Source of the DNA: Gammaproteobacteria bacterium | GTDB taxonomy: Bacteria; Pseudomonadota; Gammaproteobacteria; UBA4575 | Direction: 5' to 3' | Length of the DNA: 64,000 nucleotides | NCBI GenBank assembly: GCA_965205685.1 | Contig: OZ242174.1 | Span: forward strand, 5,219 to 69,218 | Shown: piece by piece, positions 9,074 to 20,159 of the stretch | Layout of the letters: every line of letters begins with the position of its first letter | How positions within the stretch are numbered: the stretch's first letter is position 1 | The notes under the pieces: model-generated | Seen by the model: the letters and a program-made list of their open reading frames with translations, nothing else | Databases searched by the model: none | What the model was told of the DNA's origin: nothing | Made by a program: the position numbers and the translations under genes

Positions 9074-10315
9074 TTATCCCAGAACCAGCTTCCAGATGTC
9101 TTCCAGAATGGCCTTCAGATGCAAACAAAACCGGGCGGCCTCGGCTCCATTGATGACCCGGTGATCATAGGACAACGAGAGCGGCAGAAAATTCTGCGAG
9201 GAGGCACCCTGCGGGGATGAGCCGGCACGCACGATCATGCGTGACAGGCCCAGGATGGCCACCTCGGGCGGATTGATAATCGGCGTGAAGGCCTGACCGC
9301 CGATATGCCCGAGGCTTGTGACCGTCATGCTCGCACCGCCCATCTCGTCCGGTCTCAACTTTCGCTCGCGGGCACGCTGACCAAGGTCTACCACCTCGAT
9401 GGCCACCTCTGCCAGCGTCTTTTTGTCCACATCGCGCAGTACCGGCACCAGCAACCCATGCGGGGTGTCCACGGCGATGCCGATGTGGAAGAACTTTTTC
9501 AGCACGACACACCCGTTCGCTGCGTCGTAGGAGGCATTGAAACGCGGGAACTCGGCCAGTGCGTCGGCCAGGGCCTTGATGACAAAGATCGGTGGCGTAA
9601 GTCGCAGTCCCCGGAACTTTGCCTCCTCGGCCAGCTGGGCACGATAGGCCTCGAGGGCGGTCACATCGGCACGCTCGAAATGGGTGACGTGCGGGATGGA
9701 TTGCCAGGCCGAAAGCAGGTTCTCTGCAGTCAGGCGCTGGATTCGGGTCAGGGGTTCTTCCTCGGTGTCCCCGTACTTGGAAAAGTCCGGCAGGGGGGCC
9801 GGGGCTGGCGCAGAAGGCGCGGACGAAGACTTCAGGCTGGTGCGCACATGCTGTTCGATATCTTCCTTCAAGACCCGCAGTCCGCGCCCGCTGCCCTGTA
9901 CGTGCTCAAGCGAGACCCCGAGTTCACGGGCATAGCGGTACATGGCCGGGCTGGCGTAGGCTCGAGGAATTGCCCCAGGTGGTGCCGGTACGGGTTCGGG
10001 GTTCAGTGCGGGTTCGCGCGATACCGGAGTCTGCTCCTCTTCAAGCGAAGACGGCCTTGCGTTGGGCGCGGGTGCAGTAAGCTCAAGAGCGAGCAATGCA
10101 TCCCCTTGCGCCATCTGGTCACCGGGCTGCACGTGGAGCTTGCCCACCACGCCGGCATGCGGTGACGGAAACTCCACCAGGGCCTTGTCAGTCTCCAAAG
10201 TGGCCAGGGGCTGGTCGACCTCGACGGTCTCGCCCACCTGCACCAGAATCTCGACCACGTCCACCGGAGCATCGTCTTCAAGCTCGGTGATGCAAATGTC
10301 CTTGAGTTGGCCCAT
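9074..10315 (-). CDS. aceF: dihydrolipoamide acetyltransferase (PDH E2), single lipoyl domain
   Basis: 413 aa. Lipoyl motif LETDKA, a PSBD segment, and catalytic SLSYDHRVINGA at the C-terminus. Lies immediately downstream of E1. Confidence 0.9.
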   Translation of the reverse strand: MGQLKDICITELEDDAPVDVVEILVQVGETVEVDQPLATLETDKALVEFPSPHAGVVGKLHVQPGDQMAQGDALLALELTAPAPNARPSSLEEEQTPVSREPALNPEPVPAPPGAIPRAYASPAMYRYARELGVSLEHVQGSGRGLRVLKEDIEQHVRTSLKSSSAPSAPAPAPLPDFSKYGDTEEEPLTRIQRLTAENLLSAWQSIPHVTHFERADVTALEAYRAQLAEEAKFRGLRLTPPIFVIKALADALAEFPRFNASYDAANGCVVLKKFFHIGIAVDTPHGLLVPVLRDVDKKTLAEVAIEVVDLGQRARERKLRPDEMGGASMTVTSLGHIGGQAFTPIINPPEVAILGLSRMIVRAGSSPQGASSQNFLPLSLSYDHRVINGAEAARFCLHLKAILEDIWKLVLG

Positions 10316-10321
10316 GTATGA

Positions 10322-13027
10322 TCAGTTGTGCACCGGGGGTGGTTTTTCGGGATCCAGCCGGTATTTTTTTATGGCAGCGCCGATGTGCTTGCGCTCGATA
10401 GTGCCTTGCTCGACCAGCGTGTGCAGAGTCGCCACCACAATGGACTCGGCATCGACCTCGAAGTAACGGCGCAGGCTCTGGCGGGTATCGCTTCGTCCGA
10501 ACCCGTCGGTACCGAGCACGACATAAGGGGCCTTCACATAGGGACGGATCTGGTCAGCATAGATTTTCATGTAGTCCGTGGCTGCCACCACCGGCGCATC
10601 GCTACCTTCGAGGCATGTCTCGACGAAGGACCTTCGCGCCTTTTTCCTGGGATGCAGCATGTTCCAGCGTTCCCCCTCCATGCCTTCTCGGCGCAGCCGA
10701 TTGAAGCTCGTCACACTCCAGACCTCGGCACGGATGCCGAAATCCTCAAGCAGCAAGACTGCCGCGCGGATGACCTCCCGAAGAATCGCCCCGCTGCCGA
10801 GCAATCGTACCTGCGCCTCGTTCCCGGGCACTTCCTGCAGGCGGTACATGCCCTGGATGATGCCGGGCTCGCAACCGGTGGGCAGGGCCGGGTGCTCGTA
10901 GTTCTCATTGGTCACCGTGATGTAGTAATACCAGTCCTTCTGTTCCACGTACATGGCTTCAAGCCCATGGTGGATGATGACAGCAAGTTCATAGGCGAAG
11001 GCCGGGTCGTAGGCTCGGCAGTTGGGAATCGTGGAGGCAAGTACATGGCTGTGCCCGTCCTGGTGCTGCAGTCCTTCACCTGCCAGGGTCGTGCGCCCGG
11101 AGGTGCCGCCGATCAGAAAGCCCCGTGCACGGCTATCCCCGGCTGCCCAGGCCAGATCGCCGACCCGCTGAAAGCCGAACATGGAGTAGAAAATGTAGAA
11201 CGGGATCATCGGCATGTTATGGATGCAAAAGGAGGTGGCCGCGGCAATCCAGGAGGACATGGCACCAGCCTCGGTGATGCCCTCCTCAAGGATCTGTCCC
11301 GCGCGGTCTTCGCGGTAGACCAGCACCTGGTCGGAATCCACCGGGTCGTACTGCTGGCCACGGTGCGCGTAGATCCCGAGGCTTCGGAACAGGCCCTCCA
11401 TGCCGAACGTGCGCGCCTCATCCGGCACGATCGGAACGATGTGGCGGGCCAGCGCCTTGTCCCGTGTCAGGGTCAGCAGGATGCGGACGAAAGCCATGGT
11501 GGTGGAATACGAACGGCCCTTGCTGCCGTCGAGCAATTCCCTGAAAGCCTTAAGCTTTGGTATCTTCAGCTCGATCGTCGGGCTCTCGCGCCTTGGCATT
11601 TCGCCATGCAGCTTTTCGCGCAGGCGCCTGAGGTAGCGCATCTCGGGGCTGTCCTCGGGCGGCTTGTAGAACGGCACATCTTCGAGATCAGCGTCACTGA
11701 TCGGGATGCGGTAGCGGTCGCGAAAGGCGACCAGGGATTCGTGCGCCGGTTTTTTCAGCTGGTGGGCGATGTTCAGGCTTTCGCCGCTCTTGCCAAGCCC
11801 GTAACCCTTGACGGTCTTGGCAAGGATCACGGTCGGCTGGCCGGTGTGGGCCACCGCACGCGCATACGCGGCATAGATTTTCTGCTGATCGTGGCCGCCG
11901 CGGTTCAGCCGCCAGATGTCATCGTCAGTCATGTGCTCGGTCATCTTCACCAGTTCCGGGTATTTTCCGAAGAAGTGCTCGCGCACGTAGGCGCCCCCCT
12001 TGGCACGGTAATTCTGGTAGTCGCCGTCGACCGCCTCCTCCATGCGCTTTCGAAGGATGCCGTGCTTGTCGCGGGCAAACAGCGGGTCCCAGTTGCCGCC
12101 CCAAAGCACCTTGATGACGTTCCAGCCTGCACCGCGGAAATTCCCCTCGAGTTCCTGGATGATCTTGCTGTTGCCACGCACCGGTCCGTCCAGTCGCTGC
12201 AGGTTGCAGTTGATCACGAAGATCAGATGATCGAGTTCCTCACGCGCAGCCAGCGAGATGGCGCCCAGCGATTCGGGCTCGTCCATCTCGCCGTCTCCGG
12301 TGAACACCCACACCTTACGGCTGCCCTTGTCGATCAGGCCGCGGTCATGCAGGTAGTTCATGAAGCGCGCCTGGTAGATACCCATGATCGGTGCGAGCCC
12401 CATGGACACCGTCGGGAACTGCCAGAAGTCCGGCATCAGCCAGGGATGCGGATAGGAGGACAGGCCCTCGCCTTCGACCTCACGCCTGAAATTCAACAGC
12501 TGCGATTCGCTCAGGCGCCCGTCGAGGAAGGCGCGTGCATATACCCCGGGTGCGGCATGGCCCTGGAAGTACACCAGGTCACCGGCAAACTCGCCGTTGG
12601 CCGGGCGAAAAAAATGATTGAAGCCGATGCTGATCAGGGTGGCCGCCGAGGCGTAGGTGGAGATGTGTCCGCCAAGCTCGGGGTGTTTCAGGTTGGCTTT
12701 GACGACCATGGCGAGCGCGTTCCAGCGCTCGAGCGAACGTACCCGGTGTTCCATGCGGGGATCACCCGGCAGACGCGCCTCCTCTTCGACCGGGATGGTG
12801 TTGACGTAGGCCGTGGTGTTTCGAAACGGCAGGTTCACGCCTTGGATTCGCGCACTGTGGATGAGCTGCTCGATGAGATGATGGGCACGCGTTGCCCCAT
12901 CTCGCTCGAGTACTGCATCGAGGGCGGCCAGCCACTCCCGGGTCTCCTGCGGGTCGATGTCCTGCCCGAAGGTATCAGGCTCCGCAGAAGACGAAGGCTC
13001 GGGTTTTTGAGGGCGCGGGTCGGACAT
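10322..13027 (-). CDS. aceE: pyruvate dehydrogenase E1 component (homodimeric type)
   Basis: 901 aa. Typical AceE length and motifs (GDGEMDEPES, ThDP-binding region). Adjacent to aceF. Confidence 0.95.
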   Translation of the reverse strand: MSDPRPQKPEPSSSAEPDTFGQDIDPQETREWLAALDAVLERDGATRAHHLIEQLIHSARIQGVNLPFRNTTAYVNTIPVEEEARLPGDPRMEHRVRSLERWNALAMVVKANLKHPELGGHISTYASAATLISIGFNHFFRPANGEFAGDLVYFQGHAAPGVYARAFLDGRLSESQLLNFRREVEGEGLSSYPHPWLMPDFWQFPTVSMGLAPIMGIYQARFMNYLHDRGLIDKGSRKVWVFTGDGEMDEPESLGAISLAAREELDHLIFVINCNLQRLDGPVRGNSKIIQELEGNFRGAGWNVIKVLWGGNWDPLFARDKHGILRKRMEEAVDGDYQNYRAKGGAYVREHFFGKYPELVKMTEHMTDDDIWRLNRGGHDQQKIYAAYARAVAHTGQPTVILAKTVKGYGLGKSGESLNIAHQLKKPAHESLVAFRDRYRIPISDADLEDVPFYKPPEDSPEMRYLRRLREKLHGEMPRRESPTIELKIPKLKAFRELLDGSKGRSYSTTMAFVRILLTLTRDKALARHIVPIVPDEARTFGMEGLFRSLGIYAHRGQQYDPVDSDQVLVYREDRAGQILEEGITEAGAMSSWIAAATSFCIHNMPMIPFYIFYSMFGFQRVGDLAWAAGDSRARGFLIGGTSGRTTLAGEGLQHQDGHSHVLASTIPNCRAYDPAFAYELAVIIHHGLEAMYVEQKDWYYYITVTNENYEHPALPTGCEPGIIQGMYRLQEVPGNEAQVRLLGSGAILREVIRAAVLLLEDFGIRAEVWSVTSFNRLRREGMEGERWNMLHPRKKARRSFVETCLEGSDAPVVAATDYMKIYADQIRPYVKAPYVVLGTDGFGRSDTRQSLRRYFEVDAESIVVATLHTLVEQGTIERKHIGAAIKKYRLDPEKPPPVHN

Positions 13028-13160
13028 GGCGATACGGTATACTTGAGATTCAACGCTAGTGTAATTGTAGACCGGATACGCGGGTCATGCGTACTTTGTC
13101 CGCAATCGCCTGATGGCTGCGGATACTGACCGCACCGGCCCATCCAGACCTGGATTTAAC

Positions 13161-14306
13161 ATGTCAGATGGAACCCGTTTGGAGCTTGGCCTTGCGATGA
13201 CCGGCGGCGGGGCCCGCGCCGCCTACCAGGTCGGTGTATTGCGGTATATCTGCAAGCATTTTGAGGACTTTCATCCACCCATCCTGACCGGCGTATCGGC
13301 CGGGGCGCTCAATGCCGTGCACTTGGCCTCCCATCCGGGCAACTTTGCTGATGCGGTCGAGCACTTGGTCGACATCTGGACAGATTTGAATGCAGACAAG
13401 GTCTTTCGCACCGACAGCCGGTATTTCCTGGCCAACTTCATGCGCTGGGGGCTGAGCCTGGTACTCGGCGGACGGCGTATCGGCAAGGGTCGGCGAAGCC
13501 TGCTGGATAACGATCCGCTTCGCCGGCTCCTGGAGAGGAACCTAGGCACTCCTGCGGGCGAGCCCATCGCCGGCATCCAGGAGAACATCGAGCGCGGGCG
13601 GCTGCGCGTGCTTGGCATTACTGCCACGAACTACGGCACCGGGGTGTCCATTACCTGGGTCCAGGGGCACGTCGGTGAGCACTGGCGACGACCGCGCCGG
13701 CGCAGCGAAAATGCGAACATCACCATCGAACATGTGATGGCCTCGACTGCCCTGCCGCTGATTTTTCCGGCCATCCAGATCAACGACGGCTGGCATGGTG
13801 ACGGTGGCATCCGCTCGATCGCCCCGTTGTCCCCAGCCATGCACCTAGGCGCCGAGCGCATCCTCGCCATCTCCACCCGCTTCCAGGACGCACACCTCGG
13901 TCCCGAGGAATCCATGATCCAGGGCTACGTGCCGGTCGCGCAGATCATCGGTATCCTGCTGGACTCGATGTTCCTCGACCTGCTCGATTACGATGCGGCC
14001 AACATGAGCCGCATTAACAACGTCTACGAGCAGCTCAGCGAAGCCTCGCGCGCGCAATACAAGAAGGTCCGCGTACTGGTGCTTCGCCCGAGCGAAGACA
14101 TCGGCAAGCTGGCTGGCCACTACGAGATCAACCTGCCGCAGCCCTTCAGGTATTTCACGCGCGGCTTTGGCACCAAAGACACGAAAAGCCCGGACTCATT
14201 GTCGCTGTTGATGTTTCAACCCGACTACCTGCGCTACCTGATCGAGCTCGGTGAGCGCGATGCAAGGCGCCACACCGATGAGATCGAAGACTTCTTGCAC
14301 ACATGA
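13161..14306 (+). CDS. patatin-like phospholipase
   Basis: ORF 13113..14306 with an ATG at 13161. Oxyanion GGGARAAYQ, nucleophile elbow GVSAG, catalytic DGG(I). Confidence 0.85.
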   Translation: MSDGTRLELGLAMTGGGARAAYQVGVLRYICKHFEDFHPPILTGVSAGALNAVHLASHPGNFADAVEHLVDIWTDLNADKVFRTDSRYFLANFMRWGLSLVLGGRRIGKGRRSLLDNDPLRRLLERNLGTPAGEPIAGIQENIERGRLRVLGITATNYGTGVSITWVQGHVGEHWRRPRRRSENANITIEHVMASTALPLIFPAIQINDGWHGDGGIRSIAPLSPAMHLGAERILAISTRFQDAHLGPEESMIQGYVPVAQIIGILLDSMFLDLLDYDAANMSRINNVYEQLSEASRAQYKKVRVLVLRPSEDIGKLAGHYEINLPQPFRYFTRGFGTKDTKSPDSLSLLMFQPDYLRYLIELGERDARRHTDEIEDFLHT

Positions 14307-14409
14307 ACCCTGCATTGGGTGCAGGGCTTGCACCCACGCTCAACTGCGCTAAGCTTCGAGACCCCCCGTCAGGTATAAACAAACCACGAAGGACTCAGTA
14401 CACGGAACT

Positions 14410-14829
14410 ATGGCAAGCGAGCATGCAGACAGGCCCAAGGAACTGCTGGTGGTACAGATCAATGGTACGCCCATGCTCGAGTACGACCGCGCCCAAGCGC
14501 TGAGCCCAAAGCAGCGCGCCTCGCTCATGATGCTTGACGAGAAGCTCGATGCCGGCATCTTCCTAAACGGCGAGTTCATCACCTCACCGAGCGAGCAGGA
14601 GCGTGTGGAATTCATGGCCGGGCACCTAGTGTCGGCGCTGCTCGAGGACGAGGAGGGTATCGCTGCGGCAAGCTGTGCCTATCTGGCCAAGGTGCTGCCC
14701 GAACTCAAGCAGGTGAAGGCTGGTGAAAAAGACGGGGTCGTATCGATCGAACTGATCTTCGATCGCGATTATCAGAAAGAGCTGCAAATGAAGTTCGTAC
14801 CGCTCGACAAGCTACGCTCACGGCACTGA
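14410..14829 (+). CDS. hypothetical protein, 139 aa, no family recognised
   Basis: ORF with the same high GC and codon bias as its neighbours, and an acidic, non-repetitive sequence. No motif recognised. Confidence 0.5.
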   Translation: MASEHADRPKELLVVQINGTPMLEYDRAQALSPKQRASLMMLDEKLDAGIFLNGEFITSPSEQERVEFMAGHLVSALLEDEEGIAAASCAYLAKVLPELKQVKAGEKDGVVSIELIFDRDYQKELQMKFVPLDKLRSRH

Positions 14830-14835
14830 GCCAGC

Positions 14836-16092
<1,257 letters not shown>

Positions 16093-16307
16093 AGTCGTTC
16101 ACACTCGTCGTGTTCAAAGTTTGCAGTGAGTTGTGCACGGTCGGGCAATGCCCTCAGGACCATACGGAAAAATGTCGTTTGCACCGGGATACAGCGTCGG
16201 CTGTATTCAGGGGGTTCAGATGTGACTGGCCTGTATCGTCGTGTACTGTGTTTTTAAGTTTTTGAAATCTGATAGCGGTTGCCAGAGACCGTGGGTATTA
16301 TTTTTCT

Positions 16308-16634
16308 CTAGAGGCTCTGGTCAATGAATGCAGTTAACTGTGATTTTGAAAGGGCGCCGACCTTGGTCGCCTCGGCACTGCCGTTTTTGAAAATCATCAG
16401 TGTCGGAATTCCGCGCACCCCGTACTTCGGGGGCGTGTCCGGGTTGTCGTCCACGTTGAGCTTGGCGACTTTCAGCTTGCCCTGGTATTCCACGGCGATC
16501 TCATCGAGGATCGGAGCCACCATTTTGCACGGGCCGCACCACTGTGCCCAGTAGTCCACCAGCACCGGCTGTTCGGACTGCAGCACTTCCTGTTCAAATG
16601 TACTGTCCGTTATGTGACTGATCGCTTCACTCAC
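16308..16634 (-). CDS. trxA: thioredoxin 1
   Basis: WCGPC active site. The 108-aa core begins at GTG 16634 ([10 protein letters not shown]...). The ORF-track extension to 16745 is not thioredoxin-like. Confidence 0.92.
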   Translation of the reverse strand: MSEAISHITDSTFEQEVLQSEQPVLVDYWAQWCGPCKMVAPILDEIAVEYQGKLKVAKLNVDDNPDTPPKYGVRGIPTLMIFKNGSAEATKVGALSKSQLTAFIDQSL

Positions 16635-16827
16635 TCGACTGTTTCTCCCTATCCGAAATAATAAAGTGATGTTCGTGAAAGCATGCGCTCGAAACGGCGC
16701 ACTCGGGATCTTGCAGACACTGCCTGCACCTCTAATTTTATGCATTCCTGACAGGATTACAAGCCCAGACCCTCAATCCGTCACAACAACGGGGTTGGCA
16801 AGCGGTGTGAGGGCAGCCGAGCGTCCG

Positions 16828-17502
16828 CTAGATTTCTGTCACCGCCTCAGATGGCCAGTCCAGTTCGTCCTCGTCGACATGATGGGTTTCTTTCAGGGCC
16901 AAGCAGATCCATTCGCGGATGGAGGGGCACTTGTCCATGGTGCGGCAATAGTCCGTGGCCGTTTCATCGAGCTCCACCTCAACACTTCGAAAGCGCATGA
17001 TCGCCGGGGCAGACAGGGTATCCGCAACCGTGGGTTTTCCGAACAACCAGGGCCCGCCCTTGCCGAAGTTCTCCCGGCAGTAGCGCCACAGGTCCTGAAT
17101 CCGGCGCAGGTCGGCAAGTGCCTCTTCACTGAGGGTGTAGCCGGGGAACCGCTTGCGCAGGTTCATGGGGGCCTCGGTGCGCAGGGCCTCGAAGCTGGAA
17201 TGAAATTCCGCACACACGGAGCGTGCCACCGCACGGGCCTTGCGGTCCTTAGGCCAGGCGTGCGACTCGGGAAAGCGCTCCCCCAGGTATTCCAGGATGG
17301 CCAGCGAATCCCATACCTCAGTGTCCCCGTCGAGCAAGACCGGCACCTTGTCGCCGGAAAATCGTTTCGAGAGCACCTGGTTCAGCTTGTCGCTATTCAG
17401 GTCGTAGCACTTCACCTCTACCGGCAGCTCGTGGCGGTGCACGAACAGCCAGGCGCACATCGACCAGGTGGAATAGTTGTAGTTACCAATGATCAGTTTC
17501 AT
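16828..17502 (-). CDS. glutathione S-transferase family protein
   Basis: ORF 16828..17568. The ATG at 17502 gives MKLIIGNYNYSTWS..., and the VPVLLDG...WDSLAILEYL segment is typical of a GST N-domain. Confidence 0.85.
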   Translation of the reverse strand: MKLIIGNYNYSTWSMCAWLFVHRHELPVEVKCYDLNSDKLNQVLSKRFSGDKVPVLLDGDTEVWDSLAILEYLGERFPESHAWPKDRKARAVARSVCAEFHSSFEALRTEAPMNLRKRFPGYTLSEEALADLRRIQDLWRYCRENFGKGGPWLFGKPTVADTLSAPAIMRFRSVEVELDETATDYCRTMDKCPSIREWICLALKETHHVDEDELDWPSEAVTEI

Positions 17503-17692
17503 AAAGGGATGCAACCTAGTACAGGAGTTCAGTCGGGGCACGGAGTGTACCCGGTTCAGGCCGATCAATCACGACCTAAACAATTTTTTTTGAAACCTTG
17601 CTTCCGGCCCGGCTACAAGATAAGGAATGCCGCCTAAAAATTATCTATAGTGGTGCTCCATCATCAAAGAAATCGCAAGGAGCTGTTCTCAC

Positions 17693-18001
17693 ATGCTTGA
17701 ACTCAGACCAAACTGTGAAGTGTGCGATAAGGACCTGCCGCCTGCCTCATCCGAGGCCCGTATTTGCTCCTATGAATGCACATACTGCAATGACTGTGCA
17801 GACCAGGTGCTCCACAACGTATGCCCCAACTGCGGTGGCGGACTCGTGCCTCGCCCGATCCGACCCAGCATGGCGCGAAGAAGTGGAGTCAGCCTTGTGC
17901 ATCAGCCGGCATCCACCCGTCGTGTCCATTCCAAGTACAGTGCCCAAGAGATACGAGACTTCATTGACAGAACCAAGGATGTCCGCCCTGAGGACCGCTA
18001 G
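17693..18001 (+). CDS. DUF1272 zinc-ribbon protein
   Basis: MLELRPNCEVCDKDLPP...ICSYECTYCNDC...CPNCGGGLVPRP matches the DUF1272 pattern. AAGGAG RBS upstream. Confidence 0.8.
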   Translation: MLELRPNCEVCDKDLPPASSEARICSYECTYCNDCADQVLHNVCPNCGGGLVPRPIRPSMARRSGVSLVHQPASTRRVHSKYSAQEIRDFIDRTKDVRPEDR

Positions 18002-18044
18002 CCAGTAGAACCGGGAGACCATGCAGAGGCAGTATCCCTTGTAA

Positions 18045-18083
18045 TTTGTACTAATCGGTATATATTGTACTTATTAGTACAAA
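18045..18083. promoter_or_regulatory. palindromic operator, presumed binding site of the downstream TetR regulator
   Basis: Perfect 11-bp inverted repeat TTTGTACTAAT (18045-18055) / ATTAGTACAAA (18073-18083). A third half-site TTGTACT at 18065-18071 forms a second nested palindrome. Ends 16 bp upstream of the DUF1348 start. Confidence 0.6.
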
Positions 18084-18098
18084 CACAGGAGAGATATC

Positions 18099-18569
18099 AT
18101 GTCAGAAGAACGCCCCCCCTTTCCGCCGTTTACGTATGAAGAAGCCGTACAGAAAGTGCGAATGGCTGAGAATGCCTGGAACCTTCGCGATCCGGTGAAG
18201 ATCTCTCAGGCCTATTCAAAAGACAGCCGTTGGCGCAATCGTGCCGAGTTCTTCCAGGGCCGTGAGGCGATCGTTGAGTTTTTGACACGCAAGTGGGCGC
18301 GCGAACTCGACTACCACCTGATCAAGGAAATCTGGACTCACCAGGACAATCGCATTGCGGTTCGCTTCCAATATGAGTATCGCGATGATTCCGACAACTG
18401 GTTCCGTGCACACGGCAATGAAAACTGGGAATTCAATGACCAGGGCCTGATGCAACGGCGGGAAGCCAGCATCAATGATGTGCCAATCCGGAAATCGGAC
18501 CGCAAGTTTCTCTGGGGAGAAGGGCCTCGTCCCGACGACTACCCCGGCTTGACCGAACTCGGGCTGTAG
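18099..18569 (+). CDS. DUF1348 / NTF2-like (SnoaL-fold) protein
   Basis: 156 aa. [20 protein letters not shown]...[18 protein letters not shown] pattern of DUF1348. Confidence 0.8.
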   Translation: MSEERPPFPPFTYEEAVQKVRMAENAWNLRDPVKISQAYSKDSRWRNRAEFFQGREAIVEFLTRKWARELDYHLIKEIWTHQDNRIAVRFQYEYRDDSDNWFRAHGNENWEFNDQGLMQRREASINDVPIRKSDRKFLWGEGPRPDDYPGLTELGL

Positions 18570-18573
18570 GCGC

Positions 18574-19140
18574 ATGCCTCGGGAAGTGGCCGAGCGCCGT
18601 GATGCAATCGATGCAGTAGCCGAAGTCTTCCGGGAGCACGGCTATGCCGGCAGCTCATTGACTGCCATCACGCAGCAGACCGGCCTTGGCAAGGGCAGCC
18701 TGTACCATTTTTTCCCGAACGGCAAACAGGAGATGGCCGAAGCTGTGCTGGAGGATGTGAGTGCCTGGTTCGAGGAACACGTATTTTTGGCCCTGCGAGA
18801 TTCCGAGGCGCCGGCCCGCGGGATCGAGCACATGTTTGAAGCCGTTGACCGGTATTTTCACTCCGGGGAGCGCATCTGCCTGCTTGGTGCCTTCGCGTTA
18901 GGAGATAGCCGAGAGCTGTTCGAGAGGGTGATCCACCGGTATTTCAGTTCTTGGACCGAGGCCCTGGCCGAGGCCCTGCTGCGTACCGGTTTTACAGCGC
19001 CCAAGGCGGCAGAGATGGCTGAGGAAGTAGTCGTCGGTATCCAGGGAGCACTGGTGCTGGCCCGCTCACGTCAGGACCCGCAGGTGTTTACCCGCACCTT
19101 GCAACGCCTGAGAAGACGCATCCCGACCATCCAGCCGTAA
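18574..19140 (+). CDS. TetR/AcrR family transcriptional regulator
   Basis: 188 aa. N-terminal HTH (GYAGSSLTAITQQTGLGKGSLYHFFPNGKQEM). The start lies 4 bp after the DUF1348 stop, so the two are probably co-transcribed. Confidence 0.9.
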   Translation: MPREVAERRDAIDAVAEVFREHGYAGSSLTAITQQTGLGKGSLYHFFPNGKQEMAEAVLEDVSAWFEEHVFLALRDSEAPARGIEHMFEAVDRYFHSGERICLLGAFALGDSRELFERVIHRYFSSWTEALAEALLRTGFTAPKAAEMAEEVVVGIQGALVLARSRQDPQVFTRTLQRLRRRIPTIQP

Positions 19141-19164
19141 CCCGATTGCGTGGCTGGTCCGAAC

Positions 19165-20073
19165 CTAAAAATGATGCCGCAGCCCCAGCGTCAGGCCCCA
19201 GTAGCTTTGCCTTCGCGTTGAGATACCGTACTGCACCGGCGCCCCGCCCGGGGCGACCGTGGAAGCATGCCCGCGCAGGCTGGCCCAGGGGTGGCCGTCA
19301 TCGCGAAAGTCCCCCAGCGTGCTCCCATAGCGGAGCTTGACACTCAGTACCATGTGTTCGGCAAGGGTACGGTCCATACCCGCCATCAGCTGGTAGCTCC
19401 ACAACCAGTCCGACAGGGTCTTGTCCGCAATGGAGGACTGGTTGGCGGCTGCAGGGTGGCGCGGCGGGTCCAGGGCCAGCAGGGCAGCTTCGTCGCGCCG
19501 GGTGGAGATCGCCGAGTAGTCGATCTCAATACGTGAAAGCCCAATGCCGGCACCCATGTACGGAAACCAGGAAGCAAGCAGCGGTTGCTCGAAGTCATAG
19601 TAGAGGTTGGCAAACAGGCTGTCCGACATCAGCCGGTCAATTTCCTCATCGCGCACGGAAAACTCCTTTTGCTTGGGATCTCCCGGCACGAACAGGCTGA
19701 CCTTTTCACCCTCGTGTCGACGATGCTGGTACTCGGCCTCGATTCGAAGCGAACCCAGGCCTGCATAACCGATCTGGACGCTTGCCAGCCAGCCAGTATC
19801 TGGGTCAAATTGGCTGGTGCTTGCAGGAAGGGTGCGGGGCTGACACTGATCGGCTGGCAGAGGTAGATTTAGCCCACCGACCTCGACCGCAGGCAACCAC
19901 TGGTCGCAGTTGGTCGGAATCCCGACATTGGTGCGGGTGGATTTAATCGATCGCGACTCTGCGGCCCCGAGTTCAATGCCCGCGTAGAATCCTCGTCGGG
20001 TATCTTGTGCAGCGGCAACCAGGGTTGCTGTAAACAGCACGGCAACTGCAAAACCGGAGAATATGTAACGCAT
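19165..20073 (-). CDS. outer-membrane beta-barrel protein
   Basis: 302 aa. Signal peptide ending AAAQD, alternating beta-strand pattern, and a C-terminal aromatic residue (…GLRHHF). Confidence 0.7.
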   Translation of the reverse strand: MRYIFSGFAVAVLFTATLVAAAQDTRRGFYAGIELGAAESRSIKSTRTNVGIPTNCDQWLPAVEVGGLNLPLPADQCQPRTLPASTSQFDPDTGWLASVQIGYAGLGSLRIEAEYQHRRHEGEKVSLFVPGDPKQKEFSVRDEEIDRLMSDSLFANLYYDFEQPLLASWFPYMGAGIGLSRIEIDYSAISTRRDEAALLALDPPRHPAAANQSSIADKTLSDWLWSYQLMAGMDRTLAEHMVLSVKLRYGSTLGDFRDDGHPWASLRGHASTVAPGGAPVQYGISTRRQSYWGLTLGLRHHF

Positions 20074-20159
20074 AGGCCTTATTTTGTCTAAGAAGGTTTA
20101 TCAAGTGCACTCAGCAAATGGAATTATATAAGTGTTTCCCATCGAGAGGGTTCTTGTGA

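Noticed and set aside
10328-13129. 933-aa plus-strand ORF covering all of aceE
   Set aside because: It is a mirror-frame ORF antisense to a clearly recognisable aceE in GC-rich DNA. Its R/G/H/A/V-rich, low-complexity translation shows no motif. This is a typical shadow ORF.
16635-16745. N-terminal extension of trxA suggested by the ORF track ([10 protein letters not shown]...)
   Set aside because: The thioredoxin fold begins at [10 protein letters not shown] (GTG 16634), which gives the canonical ~108 aa. The extension has no counterpart in TrxA proteins.
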